Source: an uncultured Clostridia bacterium
Lineage (GTDB): Bacteria > Bacillota > Clostridia > Christensenellales > UBA1242
Reading direction: 5' to 3'
Assembly: GCA_944372675.1 (NCBI GenBank)
Contig: CALVZW010000002.1
Span: forward strand, 1 to 46,140
Length of the DNA stretch: 46,140 nt
Each line of letters starts with the position of its first letter. Within the stretch, counting starts at the first letter, position 1. Positions 29,201-36,816 of this stretch are shown in pieces. A program made the translations under genes and the position numbers. The notes beneath the pieces are model-generated. The model made no database searches and had not been told where the DNA came from. It was given only the letters and a program-made list of their open reading frames with translations.

Positions 29201-29409
29201 CACCCTAAAAATGCTTCTTCTTCAATTACTTTTAATGACTTAGGCAAAACAACTTTTACAAGATTTTTTGCTTTTTTAAAAGCCATATGTGGAACAGTTG
29301 TAACACCTTCATTAATTACAACTACTTCTGCCCCCATTAAAACTTCTATTGGTATTTCTTCATTAAAATTAAGAATATTTAAAATTTTATTTTCATAAAT
29401 ATAATTCAT
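26197..29409 (-). CDS. BspA/TpLRR-type leucine-rich-repeat protein with a C-terminal region of about 500 aa and unknown function. I place the start at M10 of the track ORF.
   Basis: About 20 repeats of the LRR_5-type unit (..I.LP.sl..Ig..AF..C..L..i.) fill the N-terminal half. The C-terminal half (from about ...NSLINNDKKD) has no motif I recognise and includes GNICKCCAKMGGLGFGIMEASSL. I chose the ATG at 29409 because the -10 of a consensus promoter overlaps the track ATG at 29436, and a GGTGAG RBS lies 4 nt upstream of 29409. Confidence 0.8.
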   Translation of the reverse strand: MNYIYENKILNILNFNEEIPIEVLMGAEVVVINEGVTTVPHMAFKKAKNLVKVVLPKSLKVIEEEAFLGCDSLKEINLENVEEIQSQAFKGDSALESVNLTNVSLLSNENFAFCSSLKKVELSKDLKAIPKGCFTGTQNLKQLVLPPLVTKLQESAFKNSGIEDINLDNIEIIGVNCFYGCKNLQKVNLKNVKKLSDYAFSSSKIDNLVLNINDVPIGCFENCVNLKNIVLINTKTIQSMAFKNTGITNLNLPNSVESLGLNAFADCKHLQTAYLPIKELGLGIFANCNSLKQVKGYVRKIEDKTFANCSSLNLVDFEDLNFIGVKAFVGCRNLIDFNFDKIETIKQGAFSDCQNLCANNKELDLSNVKTLENEAFCFCSKITKVKLPKISTISNSLFYGCKALEQVDIPETVNCIESNAFKDCINLKKVSLPKNIKILNESIFMGCVNLSDINIPNELEILPCNIFNHCANLKNIELPNNLKIIENGAFYESGIKEIKLPEKLENISYMAFYGCKNLESIEIPNVKKMSNSAFEDCINLKQMTVPNSLINNDKKDITKQFVLGSKFYESCNLKVFKINYGEKSFEICLNDNEKIKEVFETELNGKNFICFLTNQNLYIKSDNFENEISFKDLQSVKYFNEVFSKEKFNYTLFEYDEKMANFIKYYIYLLTNNCKIGNNDLIFALNLNSFQYENFQKHKETYNKVSKKFGATNFDNEMAFFKLCYNLGLMSNDERHIINVLNFINKVFMNDEIITNENIAEKFEGIELNEKINYNLLNFFKNNYKQFERNNECAILTYAINNFEELSKMIPKLNAQTLLQYVNTNAYKNVKQGNEKLAMLVQMAGYGQEDFEEFQKLYDKAQLQPHNVFDRIEIVNREIDAKEKEIVSKLIDVVDKDFQFEWLSKHSEYNMVLGNICKCCAKMGGLGFGIMEASSLDPRVQNLVIKNKSGDFVGKSTVYVNKRRQYAVFNNFIVKDKYKEGEKGQQVYEAFMRGINAFIEEYDKNNPDLPLLDVTVGMNANKLETIVKQNLKKSSILYQGAKFQGYAGDSIQEQYVLYSRSQKTNNSEKL

Positions 29410-29426
29410 AAGGCTCACCGCTAAAT

Positions 29427-29455
29427 AGTATAACATATTATTTACATTTTGTCAA
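29427..29455 (-). promoter_or_regulatory. Sigma-A promoter of the LRR-protein operon.
   Basis: On the minus strand: TTGACA (29455-29450), a 17-nt spacer, then TATACT (29432-29427). The GGTGAG RBS (29419-29414) and the ATG at 29409 follow. Confidence 0.6.
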
Positions 29456-29496
29456 TTTGGCAATTTTTCACATATATTACTTTAAGGACTGGATTT

Positions 29497-30282
29497 ATGA
29501 ATAAAATTAAATATAATTATTATAGCAAAAAAAGGCATAAAGCACATAAAAATATACAGTTTAACTATCAAAATAATGCTTTATATGACAATTTTTATAA
29601 ATTTAACAATTTTCATAACATAGATAATTTAATCAATAATATTAATAATTGCACTGTTATAAACAGTAAATTAGGTAAAAATTGTATAATAGAAAACAGT
29701 GTTATAAAAAATTGTATAATATTAGATAATTGTATAATAAAAAATAGCGAATTAAATGATTGTATAATATATAACAACTGCATAATATCTAATTCAACAA
29801 TTTTTAATAAAGTAATAATTGAACGCGAAACAAAAATAACAAATTCGCAAATTTATAATGAAATACATATAGGAAGTAATTGTACTATTGGACCCTTTGC
29901 CCATATTCACGACTTCAGTGATATTGGTGATAATTGTAGAATAGGCAACTATGTTGAAATTAAAAAAAGTATTGTGGACGAAAAAACTAAAATAGCACAT
30001 TTATCCTACATTGGAGATGCAACCATTGGCAAAAGCGTTAATGTTGGTGCTGGTGTGATTTTTTGCAATTATGACGGTAAAAATAAGCACAAAACTAATG
30101 TAGGCGATAACACTTTTATTGGTTCAAATTCAATTTTAATTGCTCCAATAACCATAGGGAAAAATTGCAAAATTGGTGCTGGTTCTTGCGTTACAAAAGA
30201 TGTTGATGATAATTCTTTTTATTTATCACGAACTAAAAATGTAAAGTATACCCAAAATAATGACATTTTTTTAGGAGATTAA
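29497..30282 (+). CDS. Hexapeptide-repeat (left-handed beta-helix) acetyltransferase resembling the C-terminal glucosamine-1-phosphate N-acetyltransferase domain of GlmU. It has no nucleotidyltransferase domain.
   Basis: IGPFAHIHDFSDIGDNCRIGNYVEIKKS.....KIAHLSYIGDATIGKSVNVGAGVIFCNYDGKNKHKTNVGDNTFIGSNSILIAPITIGKNCKIGAGSCVTKDV aligns with my memory of the GlmU C-terminal domain (IGPFARLRPG...GNFVE.KK....GSKA.HL.YLGDA.IG..VNIGAG.IT.NYDG..K..T.IGD..F.GS...LVAP...G). I moved the start to the ATG at 29497 (AAGGA RBS 8 nt upstream) because the track start at 29449 lies inside the divergent promoter. Confidence 0.8.
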   Translation: MNKIKYNYYSKKRHKAHKNIQFNYQNNALYDNFYKFNNFHNIDNLINNINNCTVINSKLGKNCIIENSVIKNCIILDNCIIKNSELNDCIIYNNCIISNSTIFNKVIIERETKITNSQIYNEIHIGSNCTIGPFAHIHDFSDIGDNCRIGNYVEIKKSIVDEKTKIAHLSYIGDATIGKSVNVGAGVIFCNYDGKNKHKTNVGDNTFIGSNSILIAPITIGKNCKIGAGSCVTKDVDDNSFYLSRTKNVKYTQNNDIFLGD

Positions 30283-30283
30283 T

Positions 30284-31159
30284 ATGATAAATCACGCAGT
30301 AATATTGTCCGCTGGGCTTGGTACTAGATTTTTGCCATATACAAAGGCTGTTCCAAAGCCTATGTTACCCATTATTGATACCCCCACTCTTGAATATATC
30401 ATAAAAGAAGCATTGGAATGTAATATTAAAAATATCATAGTAGTAGTTGGACATAATGCAGATGTAATAAAAAAACATTTTTCAAAAAATGACTATCTAG
30501 ATTATTCTAAAATAACACAAGACCTTAAAGAAAAACTTTATTTTAGCGACAATGTAAAAATTGAATTTGTTACTCAGCACATACTCAATGGCACTGCAAG
30601 TGCAATACTTTCAGCACAAGAAAGTTTAAGAAATAACGATTTTTTAGTTATGAATGCTGATGAATTATTTATTAAACACCACGAATACGAAAAATGCCCA
30701 TCTAAACAATTAATTGAAGTTTTTAATAATTCTGGATGCAATGTAATTGGAGCACAAAGAGTTTCAAAAGCGGACGCATCAAAATTGGGTGTCATTGTAG
30801 GCAAAACCCTTGACGAAAAAACAACACAATTAATTAAAATTATTGAAAAACCCAACATTGTTGACATAAAAGACCCTTTAGTAAATCTTGGCAGATATGT
30901 TGTAAAAAACAACATTTTTGAATATCTAAAAAATGTAAAAGCCAATAAAAATGGCGAATTTGCTTTAACTGATGCTCTTGTTGATTGTGCTAAACACGAA
31001 CAAGTACTTTGCTACGATTTTATTGGTAAACGCTATGATATAGGAAATAAACTAAGTTATATGCAAGCATTTTTCGATATTTCTATGAAAGATAAACAAT
31101 TCGGAAAAGATTTTCAAGATTATGTTTTTAATTATGTAAATAAAATTAATAAACTTTAA
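30284..31159 (+). CDS. galU: UTP--glucose-1-phosphate uridylyltransferase-like sugar-1-phosphate nucleotidyltransferase.
   Basis: The N-terminal AVILSAGLGTRFLPYTKAVPKPMLPIIDTPTLEYIIKEA is the GalU/GtaB signature. 291 aa. The ATG lies 1 nt after the upstream stop, and a GGAG RBS sits inside the end of the upstream gene. Confidence 0.85.
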   Translation: MINHAVILSAGLGTRFLPYTKAVPKPMLPIIDTPTLEYIIKEALECNIKNIIVVVGHNADVIKKHFSKNDYLDYSKITQDLKEKLYFSDNVKIEFVTQHILNGTASAILSAQESLRNNDFLVMNADELFIKHHEYEKCPSKQLIEVFNNSGCNVIGAQRVSKADASKLGVIVGKTLDEKTTQLIKIIEKPNIVDIKDPLVNLGRYVVKNNIFEYLKNVKANKNGEFALTDALVDCAKHEQVLCYDFIGKRYDIGNKLSYMQAFFDISMKDKQFGKDFQDYVFNYVNKINKL

Positions 31160-31277
31160 ATTACATTAATTAATAATTTTAAAACTTATAATTATAATTA
31201 TTTTAACTTTTATTTTTCCTTAGTATTTGATAATATATTTAATTATCAATAAAATATCTTATATAATTGTTATAATT

Positions 31278-31310
31278 AAAAAAACAACTATTTATTTAGT
31301 TGTTTTTGTT
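31278..31310. terminator. Bidirectional intrinsic terminator between the convergent galU-like and ABC-F genes.
   Basis: Stem AACAACTA (31283-31290) pairs with TAGTTGTT (31297-31304). It is flanked by an A-run on the left and a T-run on the right. Confidence 0.6.
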
Positions 31311-32840
31311 TTAAACCGTTTTAGGACGAAAAATATTGTTTGTAATTTGTTCTACAAAATCTAATTCGTGGCTTACTAAAATAACACTGCCTTCAAAATT
31401 TTTTATTGCCTGTGCAAGTGCTTGCTTTGATTTTACATCCATATGGTTAGTTGGTTCATCAAGAATTAACATATTATTAGGTTCAATCATTAATTTACAC
31501 AATTTTACTTTGCTTTGTTCTCCCCCACTTAATGAACAAATGCTTTGCAACATTTGCTTACTTGTTAATCCCGCGTGCGATAAATACGAACGAAGTACTT
31601 TGTCATCTAATTTAGGAAACTCATTTTTTACAATTTGTAAAGGTGTCAATTCTTCGTTGTCCCAATTTAAAATTTGCTCGTAATATCCTATTTTTAATTT
31701 ATCTGCTAACTTAATTTTACCACTTATTGCAGGAATTAAACCCATAATTGTTTTTAAAGTTGTTGTCTTTCCAAGTCCATTAAAACCCATTATCGCAAGT
31801 TTTTCGCCATTTAATAATTTTAAGTTAATATCTTTAAGCAGTGGATAATTATATCCTATTGTCAAATTTTCTGTTTGTAAAATAGGATTAGCCCTAATTT
31901 GCGAATAAGCAAATTTAAATTTTGGTGTAGGGGGTTCGTTCAATTTTTCTAATCTCACTATTTTATCTAATTGCTTTTTACGGCTTTGTGCCTGTCTAGC
32001 AGTATTGGTACGACAACTATTTTTAGCAATATATTCTTCCAATTTTTCAATTTTTTGTTCTTGTGCCTTAATGTTCTTTTCTTGAAATTCCACCTTTTCA
32101 TTATGTTGCCTTACAAATTGGGTATAATTACCTACATATCTAACAATGTTACTAAACTCAACACTAAATATTGTTGTACAAACTTTATCTAAAAATTGCG
32201 TATCGTGTGAAACAATAAGAAAAGTTCCTTTATATGATTGCAAATAATCAACAAGCCAATCAATGTGCATTTCATCTAAATGATTTGTCGGTTCATCAAG
32301 AATTAAAAAATCAGGGCTTTGTAGTAATAATTTACACAAAATAACTTTCGTTGCTTGTCCACCACTTAACTCTTTCATTAGCCTATCATAACCTATTTTA
32401 TCAACTCCCAATCCTGAAGCATATTTTTTAATTTTGCTTTCTATTGCGTAAAAATCTTTTTCCACCAATTCTTCGTAAATTTGGCTTGCCCTTTCAATCT
32501 TTTTCATATCTTGCGTTTCCGCACCAACAATTGATAATCTTTCAGCCTCTTTTTCTAAATCATAAAGTTCTTTATATGAACCGCATAGATATTCAAAAAT
32601 AGTTTTATCTTTATCAACCGAAACATATTGGTCTAAATATCCAACAGTAAATTTACCTTGAAAAACAATTTGTCCGCTATCGCATAGTTGAGTGCCTGTA
32701 AGCAAGGAAATTAAAGTTGTTTTACCTGCTCCATTTGCCCCTACTAAACCTATCTTTTCACCCTTATTTATTGTTATATTGACATTTTTATATAATATTT
32801 TATCGCCGAATCCGTGCGTCATATTTTTTATTTCTATCAT
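31311..32840 (-). CDS. ABC-F family ATPase: two ABC cassettes and no TM domain. It belongs to the class of translation factors and ribosome-protection proteins.
   Basis: Two Walker A motifs (GANGAGKTT, GFNGLGKTT), two signature motifs (LSGGQ, LSGGE) and two Walker B motifs (LILDEPTNHLD, LILDEPTNHMD). A charged interdomain linker joins them (QEKNIKAQEQKIEKLEEYIAKN...RQAQSRKKQL). Confidence 0.9.
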   Translation of the reverse strand: MIEIKNMTHGFGDKILYKNVNITINKGEKIGLVGANGAGKTTLISLLTGTQLCDSGQIVFQGKFTVGYLDQYVSVDKDKTIFEYLCGSYKELYDLEKEAERLSIVGAETQDMKKIERASQIYEELVEKDFYAIESKIKKYASGLGVDKIGYDRLMKELSGGQATKVILCKLLLQSPDFLILDEPTNHLDEMHIDWLVDYLQSYKGTFLIVSHDTQFLDKVCTTIFSVEFSNIVRYVGNYTQFVRQHNEKVEFQEKNIKAQEQKIEKLEEYIAKNSCRTNTARQAQSRKKQLDKIVRLEKLNEPPTPKFKFAYSQIRANPILQTENLTIGYNYPLLKDINLKLLNGEKLAIMGFNGLGKTTTLKTIMGLIPAISGKIKLADKLKIGYYEQILNWDNEELTPLQIVKNEFPKLDDKVLRSYLSHAGLTSKQMLQSICSLSGGEQSKVKLCKLMIEPNNMLILDEPTNHMDVKSKQALAQAIKNFEGSVILVSHELDFVEQITNNIFRPKTV

Positions 32841-32902
32841 AATTTTACCTTAAAAAATTATAACATAATAATTACCATAAATCAATAACTTAATCTAATG
32901 AT

Positions 32903-32931
32903 TTGACTTGCTTCATAATTTATTTTATAAT
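32903..32931 (+). promoter_or_regulatory. Consensus sigma-A promoter immediately abutting the SLOG-family gene.
   Basis: TTGACT (32903-32908), a 17-nt spacer, then TATAAT (32926-32931). The ATG at 32938 is only 6 nt beyond the -10 and no RBS is present. Confidence 0.6.
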
Positions 32932-32937
32932 ATACCT

Positions 32938-33429
32938 ATGAATAACACTGTATGCTTTACTGGGCATCGCCCTAATCTACTGCCCTTTAAGTTGGATGAA
33001 GAAGACAAAAACTTTTTGCAGTTTAAAAGTAAACTAACTAATATTGTAATAAATCTTATAAACAACGGATACACAAATTTTATTAGTGGAATGGCATTAG
33101 GCATTGACACACTATGTGCTGAAATAATTCTTGAACTAAAACAAAAATTTAATGATTTAAAACTAATATGCTGTCTTCCTTGTAAAAAACAAGATAGATT
33201 TTGGACAAACCTTGATAAACTAAAATACCAAAACATACTTAAAAGTGCTGATAAAATAATTTATGCTGTCAACAAAAATTATTGCACAGGCTGTTTGCAA
33301 TTACGCAACAAAATTATGGTTGACAACAGCGAAATTGTAGTTGCAGTTTATTACGGTATTAATGGCGGTACTAAACAAACAATCGAATATGCAAAAACGC
33401 AAGATAAAAAAATTATATTCATACAATAA
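32938..33429 (+). CDS. SLOG-fold protein of the YpsA/DUF1273 type. I place the start at the ATG at 32938.
   Basis: CFTGHRPN...GYTNFISGMALGIDTLCAEI...LICCLPC...NGGTKQTIEYAK resembles the DUF1273/YpsA pattern (GH(R/K)P, G.A.G.D, a late GG.). The track start at 32908 is a TTG inside the promoter -35/spacer, so I consider it unlikely. Confidence 0.7.
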   Translation: MNNTVCFTGHRPNLLPFKLDEEDKNFLQFKSKLTNIVINLINNGYTNFISGMALGIDTLCAEIILELKQKFNDLKLICCLPCKKQDRFWTNLDKLKYQNILKSADKIIYAVNKNYCTGCLQLRNKIMVDNSEIVVAVYYGINGGTKQTIEYAKTQDKKIIFIQ

Positions 33430-33563
33430 TGAAATTTTAAATTGTACATTAACTTGCTTAATTTGACAAACAAAGACATTTTATGACAAAATTACATAAA
33501 CAATTTTTATTAAATTTAAACATAAAATAGTTATAATTATAGTATCAAAACAAGGAGGATACT

Positions 33564-33989
33564 ATGACAAACGTTTTGAAAAATTCAATTAAAATTGCTG
33601 GACTACTTTTACTAGCACTACCAATAATGTTATTAATGACCGCTTGTGGCGGAAATGTGGCATTTGAAGGGACTTGGAACATTGTTTCAACAACAGAAGG
33701 CGAAACAACAAAGGATCGAGATACTTTAACAGAAGAATTGACTGATAAAACAAAAACGCTTGATGAACAATTTAATTTGGTAATTAAAAGCGATAATACT
33801 TTCAGCCTTTTAACCCCTGCATCAACAACAGCCCAAACAGGTACTTGGTTAAAAGATGAAAACGCAACAGATGAAACTTACAAATTAACAACAGGTGATA
33901 ATAAAGTTTACACTGTAACTTATCAAGCAACTGACGAAATAAAAGTTCAAATTGATGATACTACTTATTATATTATGAACAGAAAATAA
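33564..33989 (+). CDS. Small lipoprotein, 141 aa.
   Basis: Signal peptide with lipobox, LLMTAC followed by GGN. A strong RBS (AAGGAGG) is present. The mature part is rich in Thr, Asp and Glu. Confidence 0.75.
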   Translation: MTNVLKNSIKIAGLLLLALPIMLLMTACGGNVAFEGTWNIVSTTEGETTKDRDTLTEELTDKTKTLDEQFNLVIKSDNTFSLLTPASTTAQTGTWLKDENATDETYKLTTGDNKVYTVTYQATDEIKVQIDDTTYYIMNRK

Positions 33990-34002
33990 TAAAAAACAAT
34001 TC

Positions 34003-34036
34003 AAAGGTTAGTAAATATTTTTACTACCTTTTTTTA
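34003..34036 (+). terminator. Intrinsic terminator of the lipoprotein gene.
   Basis: A 12-bp stem with one bulge, AAAGGTTAGTAAA with TTTACTACCTTT, followed by a T-run. Confidence 0.7.
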
Positions 34037-34434
34037 TTACTTATATACTCAAACTATAAAATTTATAAGTTAACAAATTTTAATTTATAAAAAGTTTTTA
34101 CTGTATAAGGTAAATTAAATTTTTTAATAAACAATTATAATTAATTTGCATTATTCTAATTCAAAATTTAAATAACTATTTAAATAAATATATTAAAAAT
34201 ATAACAAATTGATTAAAATTAGATTTTTTAATTCGTTGATGTTCTATTAATTTGTAAAATTAAAATATAAATAATTATTTTATTGACAATCATTTTTTTA
34301 TTTGATATACTAAAAATAATGAGATTTTAATTTATTTTAACCTTACAATAACAAAAAAAAAATAAGAATTAATAAAATTTAAAACTTATTTTAGCATATA
34401 ATAAAAATAAATAAAAGTTAAAAAGGAAACAATT

Positions 34435-34911
34435 ATGATAGAATGTACAACTGTAATTAGTGAAAAAACACAAAGAGAATTAACTAAAAAAACATATATT
34501 TTTAGCATTATTAGTCTTGTTGTCGGTATAATAGGTATTGCATTATATATTACATTAGGAACAATTATTAATGAACCTTGGACTGAAATATTTTTAATAT
34601 TTGCTTTACCTTTCGGATTTGGCTTAATTTTTATTATCACACTTGACACCAATTATCGAACTTTAAAAAATAATGCTATGGTTAATTTTTATATGTTTAA
34701 TGACGATAATTTGTCAATTACAACTATGAAAAACAATGAAAATATTGGTACTTCACAAATAAGTTACAATAATATCATTAAAGTTAATGAAAATAAAAAT
34801 TATTTATTTTTATACCTTAACAGAGTTTCCGTTTTGCCTATTGATAAAAGGACATTATCAAATGATGATGTTAATAAAATTAAAGAAATTATAAACAAAA
34901 AAAGCGCATAA
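34435..34911 (+). CDS. Membrane protein resembling the YcxB family: two TM helices plus a C-terminal domain.
   Basis: Two hydrophobic helices (IFSIISLVVGIIGIALYITLG and IFLIFALPFGFGLIFIITL), then a domain ending ...NYLFLYLNRVSVLPIDKRTL, as I recall for YcxB-like proteins. Confidence 0.55.
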   Translation: MIECTTVISEKTQRELTKKTYIFSIISLVVGIIGIALYITLGTIINEPWTEIFLIFALPFGFGLIFIITLDTNYRTLKNNAMVNFYMFNDDNLSITTMKNNENIGTSQISYNNIIKVNENKNYLFLYLNRVSVLPIDKRTLSNDDVNKIKEIINKKSA

Positions 34912-34937
34912 AAGGATATTCCTAATATGCGTTTTTT
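34897..34937. terminator. Bidirectional intrinsic terminator between two convergent genes.
   Basis: Stem CGCATA (34905-34910) pairs with TATGCG (34926-34931), with an inner GGA/TCC helix. A 7-nt A-run lies to the left and a 6-nt T-run to the right. Confidence 0.7.
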
Positions 34938-35171
34938 CTAGTCAATCCAAAGTACTCTGTTAGTTAAAATTATACTAATAATATCTACTATCCAAAAGAA
35001 TGCCCAACCAACTACAATTAATAAAACCGCAAGTATAATTCCAAGTACATTTCCCCTATCAATACTTCTTAAAAGTCTGTAAAAATGCCACACAATGTCC
35101 AAAACCGGCAAAGCAAGAATAATTTTAATAACTATATTTAATTTATCCATTGCTCTAACAAGTGAATTCAT
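34938..35171 (-). CDS. Small integral membrane protein, 77 aa. I place the start at M5 of the track ORF.
   Basis: Two to three hydrophobic segments (IVIKIILALPVLDIVW, VLGIILAVLLIVVGWAFFWIVDIISIIL). The GGAGG at 35181-35177 serves as an RBS 5 nt upstream of the ATG at 35171. Confidence 0.55.
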   Translation of the reverse strand: MNSLVRAMDKLNIVIKIILALPVLDIVWHFYRLLRSIDRGNVLGIILAVLLIVVGWAFFWIVDIISIILTNRVLWID

Positions 35172-35526
35172 AATAACCTCCATACTAATTATATGTACAT
35201 TATATAATTAAAATTCAATTTTTGCAAGCAATTTTAATTGCATTTTAAACTTTATATTAAATTTGTAAAAAATTAAACATATAAATTTTTTAGTAAAATC
35301 TAAGAAACTTAATAATAAATAATTAAAATTAAAACAATAAGTACATAAAAATTAATTATTAGAAATTATTAATACATAAAAAAATTGTAATTATTTTATA
35401 ATAAATTTAAGCAAAGATACAAACATAAGAAATATTAGTAAATTAATTTAACATATTTAATATTTTAATATAATCACTTTAAAAACTATGAACCAAATTT
35501 GTTATTGCTTTGCAGTTTATTAAAAA

Positions 35527-35556
35527 TAAAAAAAGCAAAGAATTAACTTTGCTTTT
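35527..35556 (-). terminator. Intrinsic terminator after rplA.
   Basis: Stem AAAGCAAAG (35532-35540) pairs with CTTTGCTTT (35547-35555). On the minus strand a U-run follows. Confidence 0.7.
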
Positions 35557-35566
35557 TAACTAATTA

Positions 35567-36259
35567 TTAATTATTATCAGAATAATTGATATGAATACCA
35601 GGTCCCATTGAACTAGCAATAGTAACACTCTTTAAATATGTTCCTTTAGCCGCTGCTGGTTTTGCTTTAATGATAGCATCCATTAATGTTGTCAAGTTTT
35701 CTTTTAGTTTTTCAACTCCAAAACTTGCTTTTCCAATTGGACAGTGAATATTTTCATTTTTATCAAGTCTATATTCAACTTTACCTGCTTTTACATCAGC
35801 AATTGCTTTAGTAACATCCATTGTTACTGTGCCACTCTTAGGATTTGGCATAAGTCCCTTAGGACCGAGAATTTTAGCAATTCTACTAATTGAACTCATC
35901 ATATCAGGTGTTGTAATACATACATCAAAATCTAACCAACCTTGATTTTGTATTTTTGCGATGTATTCATCTGCTCCAACATAATCTGCTCCTGCTTTTT
36001 CTGCTTCTTCAGCCTTTTCGCCTTTTGCTAAAACAAGAACCTTTACACTTTTACCTGTTCCATTTGGCAAAACTACTACACCACGAACTTGTTGGTCAGC
36101 ATTTTTGCTGTCAACACCAAGTCTTACATGTAATTCAATAGTTTCATCAAATTTTGCACTTGCAGTTTTTACTGCTAAGTCAAGTGCTTCATCAACAGTG
36201 TAAAATTTACCCTTTTCGATAAGTTTTAATGCTTCTGAATATCTCTTACCAAATTTCAT
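35567..36259 (-). CDS. rplA: 50S ribosomal protein L1.
   Basis: 230 aa, typical L1 sequence ([14 protein letters not shown]...[14 protein letters not shown]...V.V.A.G). Confidence 0.97.
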   Translation of the reverse strand: MKFGKRYSEALKLIEKGKFYTVDEALDLAVKTASAKFDETIELHVRLGVDSKNADQQVRGVVVLPNGTGKSVKVLVLAKGEKAEEAEKAGADYVGADEYIAKIQNQGWLDFDVCITTPDMMSSISRIAKILGPKGLMPNPKSGTVTMDVTKAIADVKAGKVEYRLDKNENIHCPIGKASFGVEKLKENLTTLMDAIIKAKPAAAKGTYLKSVTIASSMGPGIHINYSDNN

Positions 36260-36298
36260 TTTTTCCTCCTTGTGGTATTAACGAACATTGTTCTTCCA

Positions 36299-36724
36299 CT
36301 AATCTATAACTTCTATGCCCATACTGCGAGCAGTGCCTGCTATTATTGCCATTGCACTTTCAACATCGTTCGCATTCAAGTCAACCATTTTTAATTCTGC
36401 AATTTCTTTAATTTGTGCTTTTGTGATTTTTGCAACCTTATCCTTGTTTGGCTTTGCTGAACCACTTTCAATGTTGCACGCCTTCTTAATCAATACTGCT
36501 GCAGGTGGTGTTTTTAGTTGTAATTCAAATGAACGATCTTGGTATATTGTTACAATTACAGGTATTACTAATCCTGCTTGTGAACTTGTCTTGTCATTAA
36601 ATTCTTTGACAAATGCTGGCAAGTTAATACCGTGAGGACCAAGCATTGAACCAACTGGCGGAGCCGCCGTCGCTTTTCCTGCAGGCAACTGCATTTTGAC
36701 TTGTGCACTAATCTTTTTAGCCAT
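36299..36724 (-). CDS. rplK: 50S ribosomal protein L11.
   Basis: 141 aa, MAKK....VK.Q.PAGKA..APPVG..LG..G.N...F.KEFN. A GGAGGAG RBS is present. Confidence 0.97.
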   Translation of the reverse strand: MAKKISAQVKMQLPAGKATAAPPVGSMLGPHGINLPAFVKEFNDKTSSQAGLVIPVIVTIYQDRSFELQLKTPPAAVLIKKACNIESGSAKPNKDKVAKITKAQIKEIAELKMVDLNANDVESAMAIIAGTARSMGIEVID

Positions 36725-36816
36725 TTATTTCTCCTCCTACACGAGATTGTGGTACTTACAAGGGTTACCCTCTCCCACTTTATTTTTTCGACATTCCTGT
36801 CGGAAAAACCAAATTA

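Noticed and set aside
34386-34652. The 88-aa minus-strand ORF that overlaps the start of the YcxB-like gene.
   Set aside because: It is the antisense shadow of the TM-helix-coding part of the plus-strand gene, which has a better context. It would also run into the AT-rich promoter region with no RBS.
36781-36808. The hairpin TTTTTTCGACATTCCTGTCGGAAAAA, considered as a terminator between nusG and rplK.
   Set aside because: On both strands the T-run comes before the stem and the A-run follows it, so it does not have intrinsic-terminator geometry. It is more likely part of the rplK leader structure.
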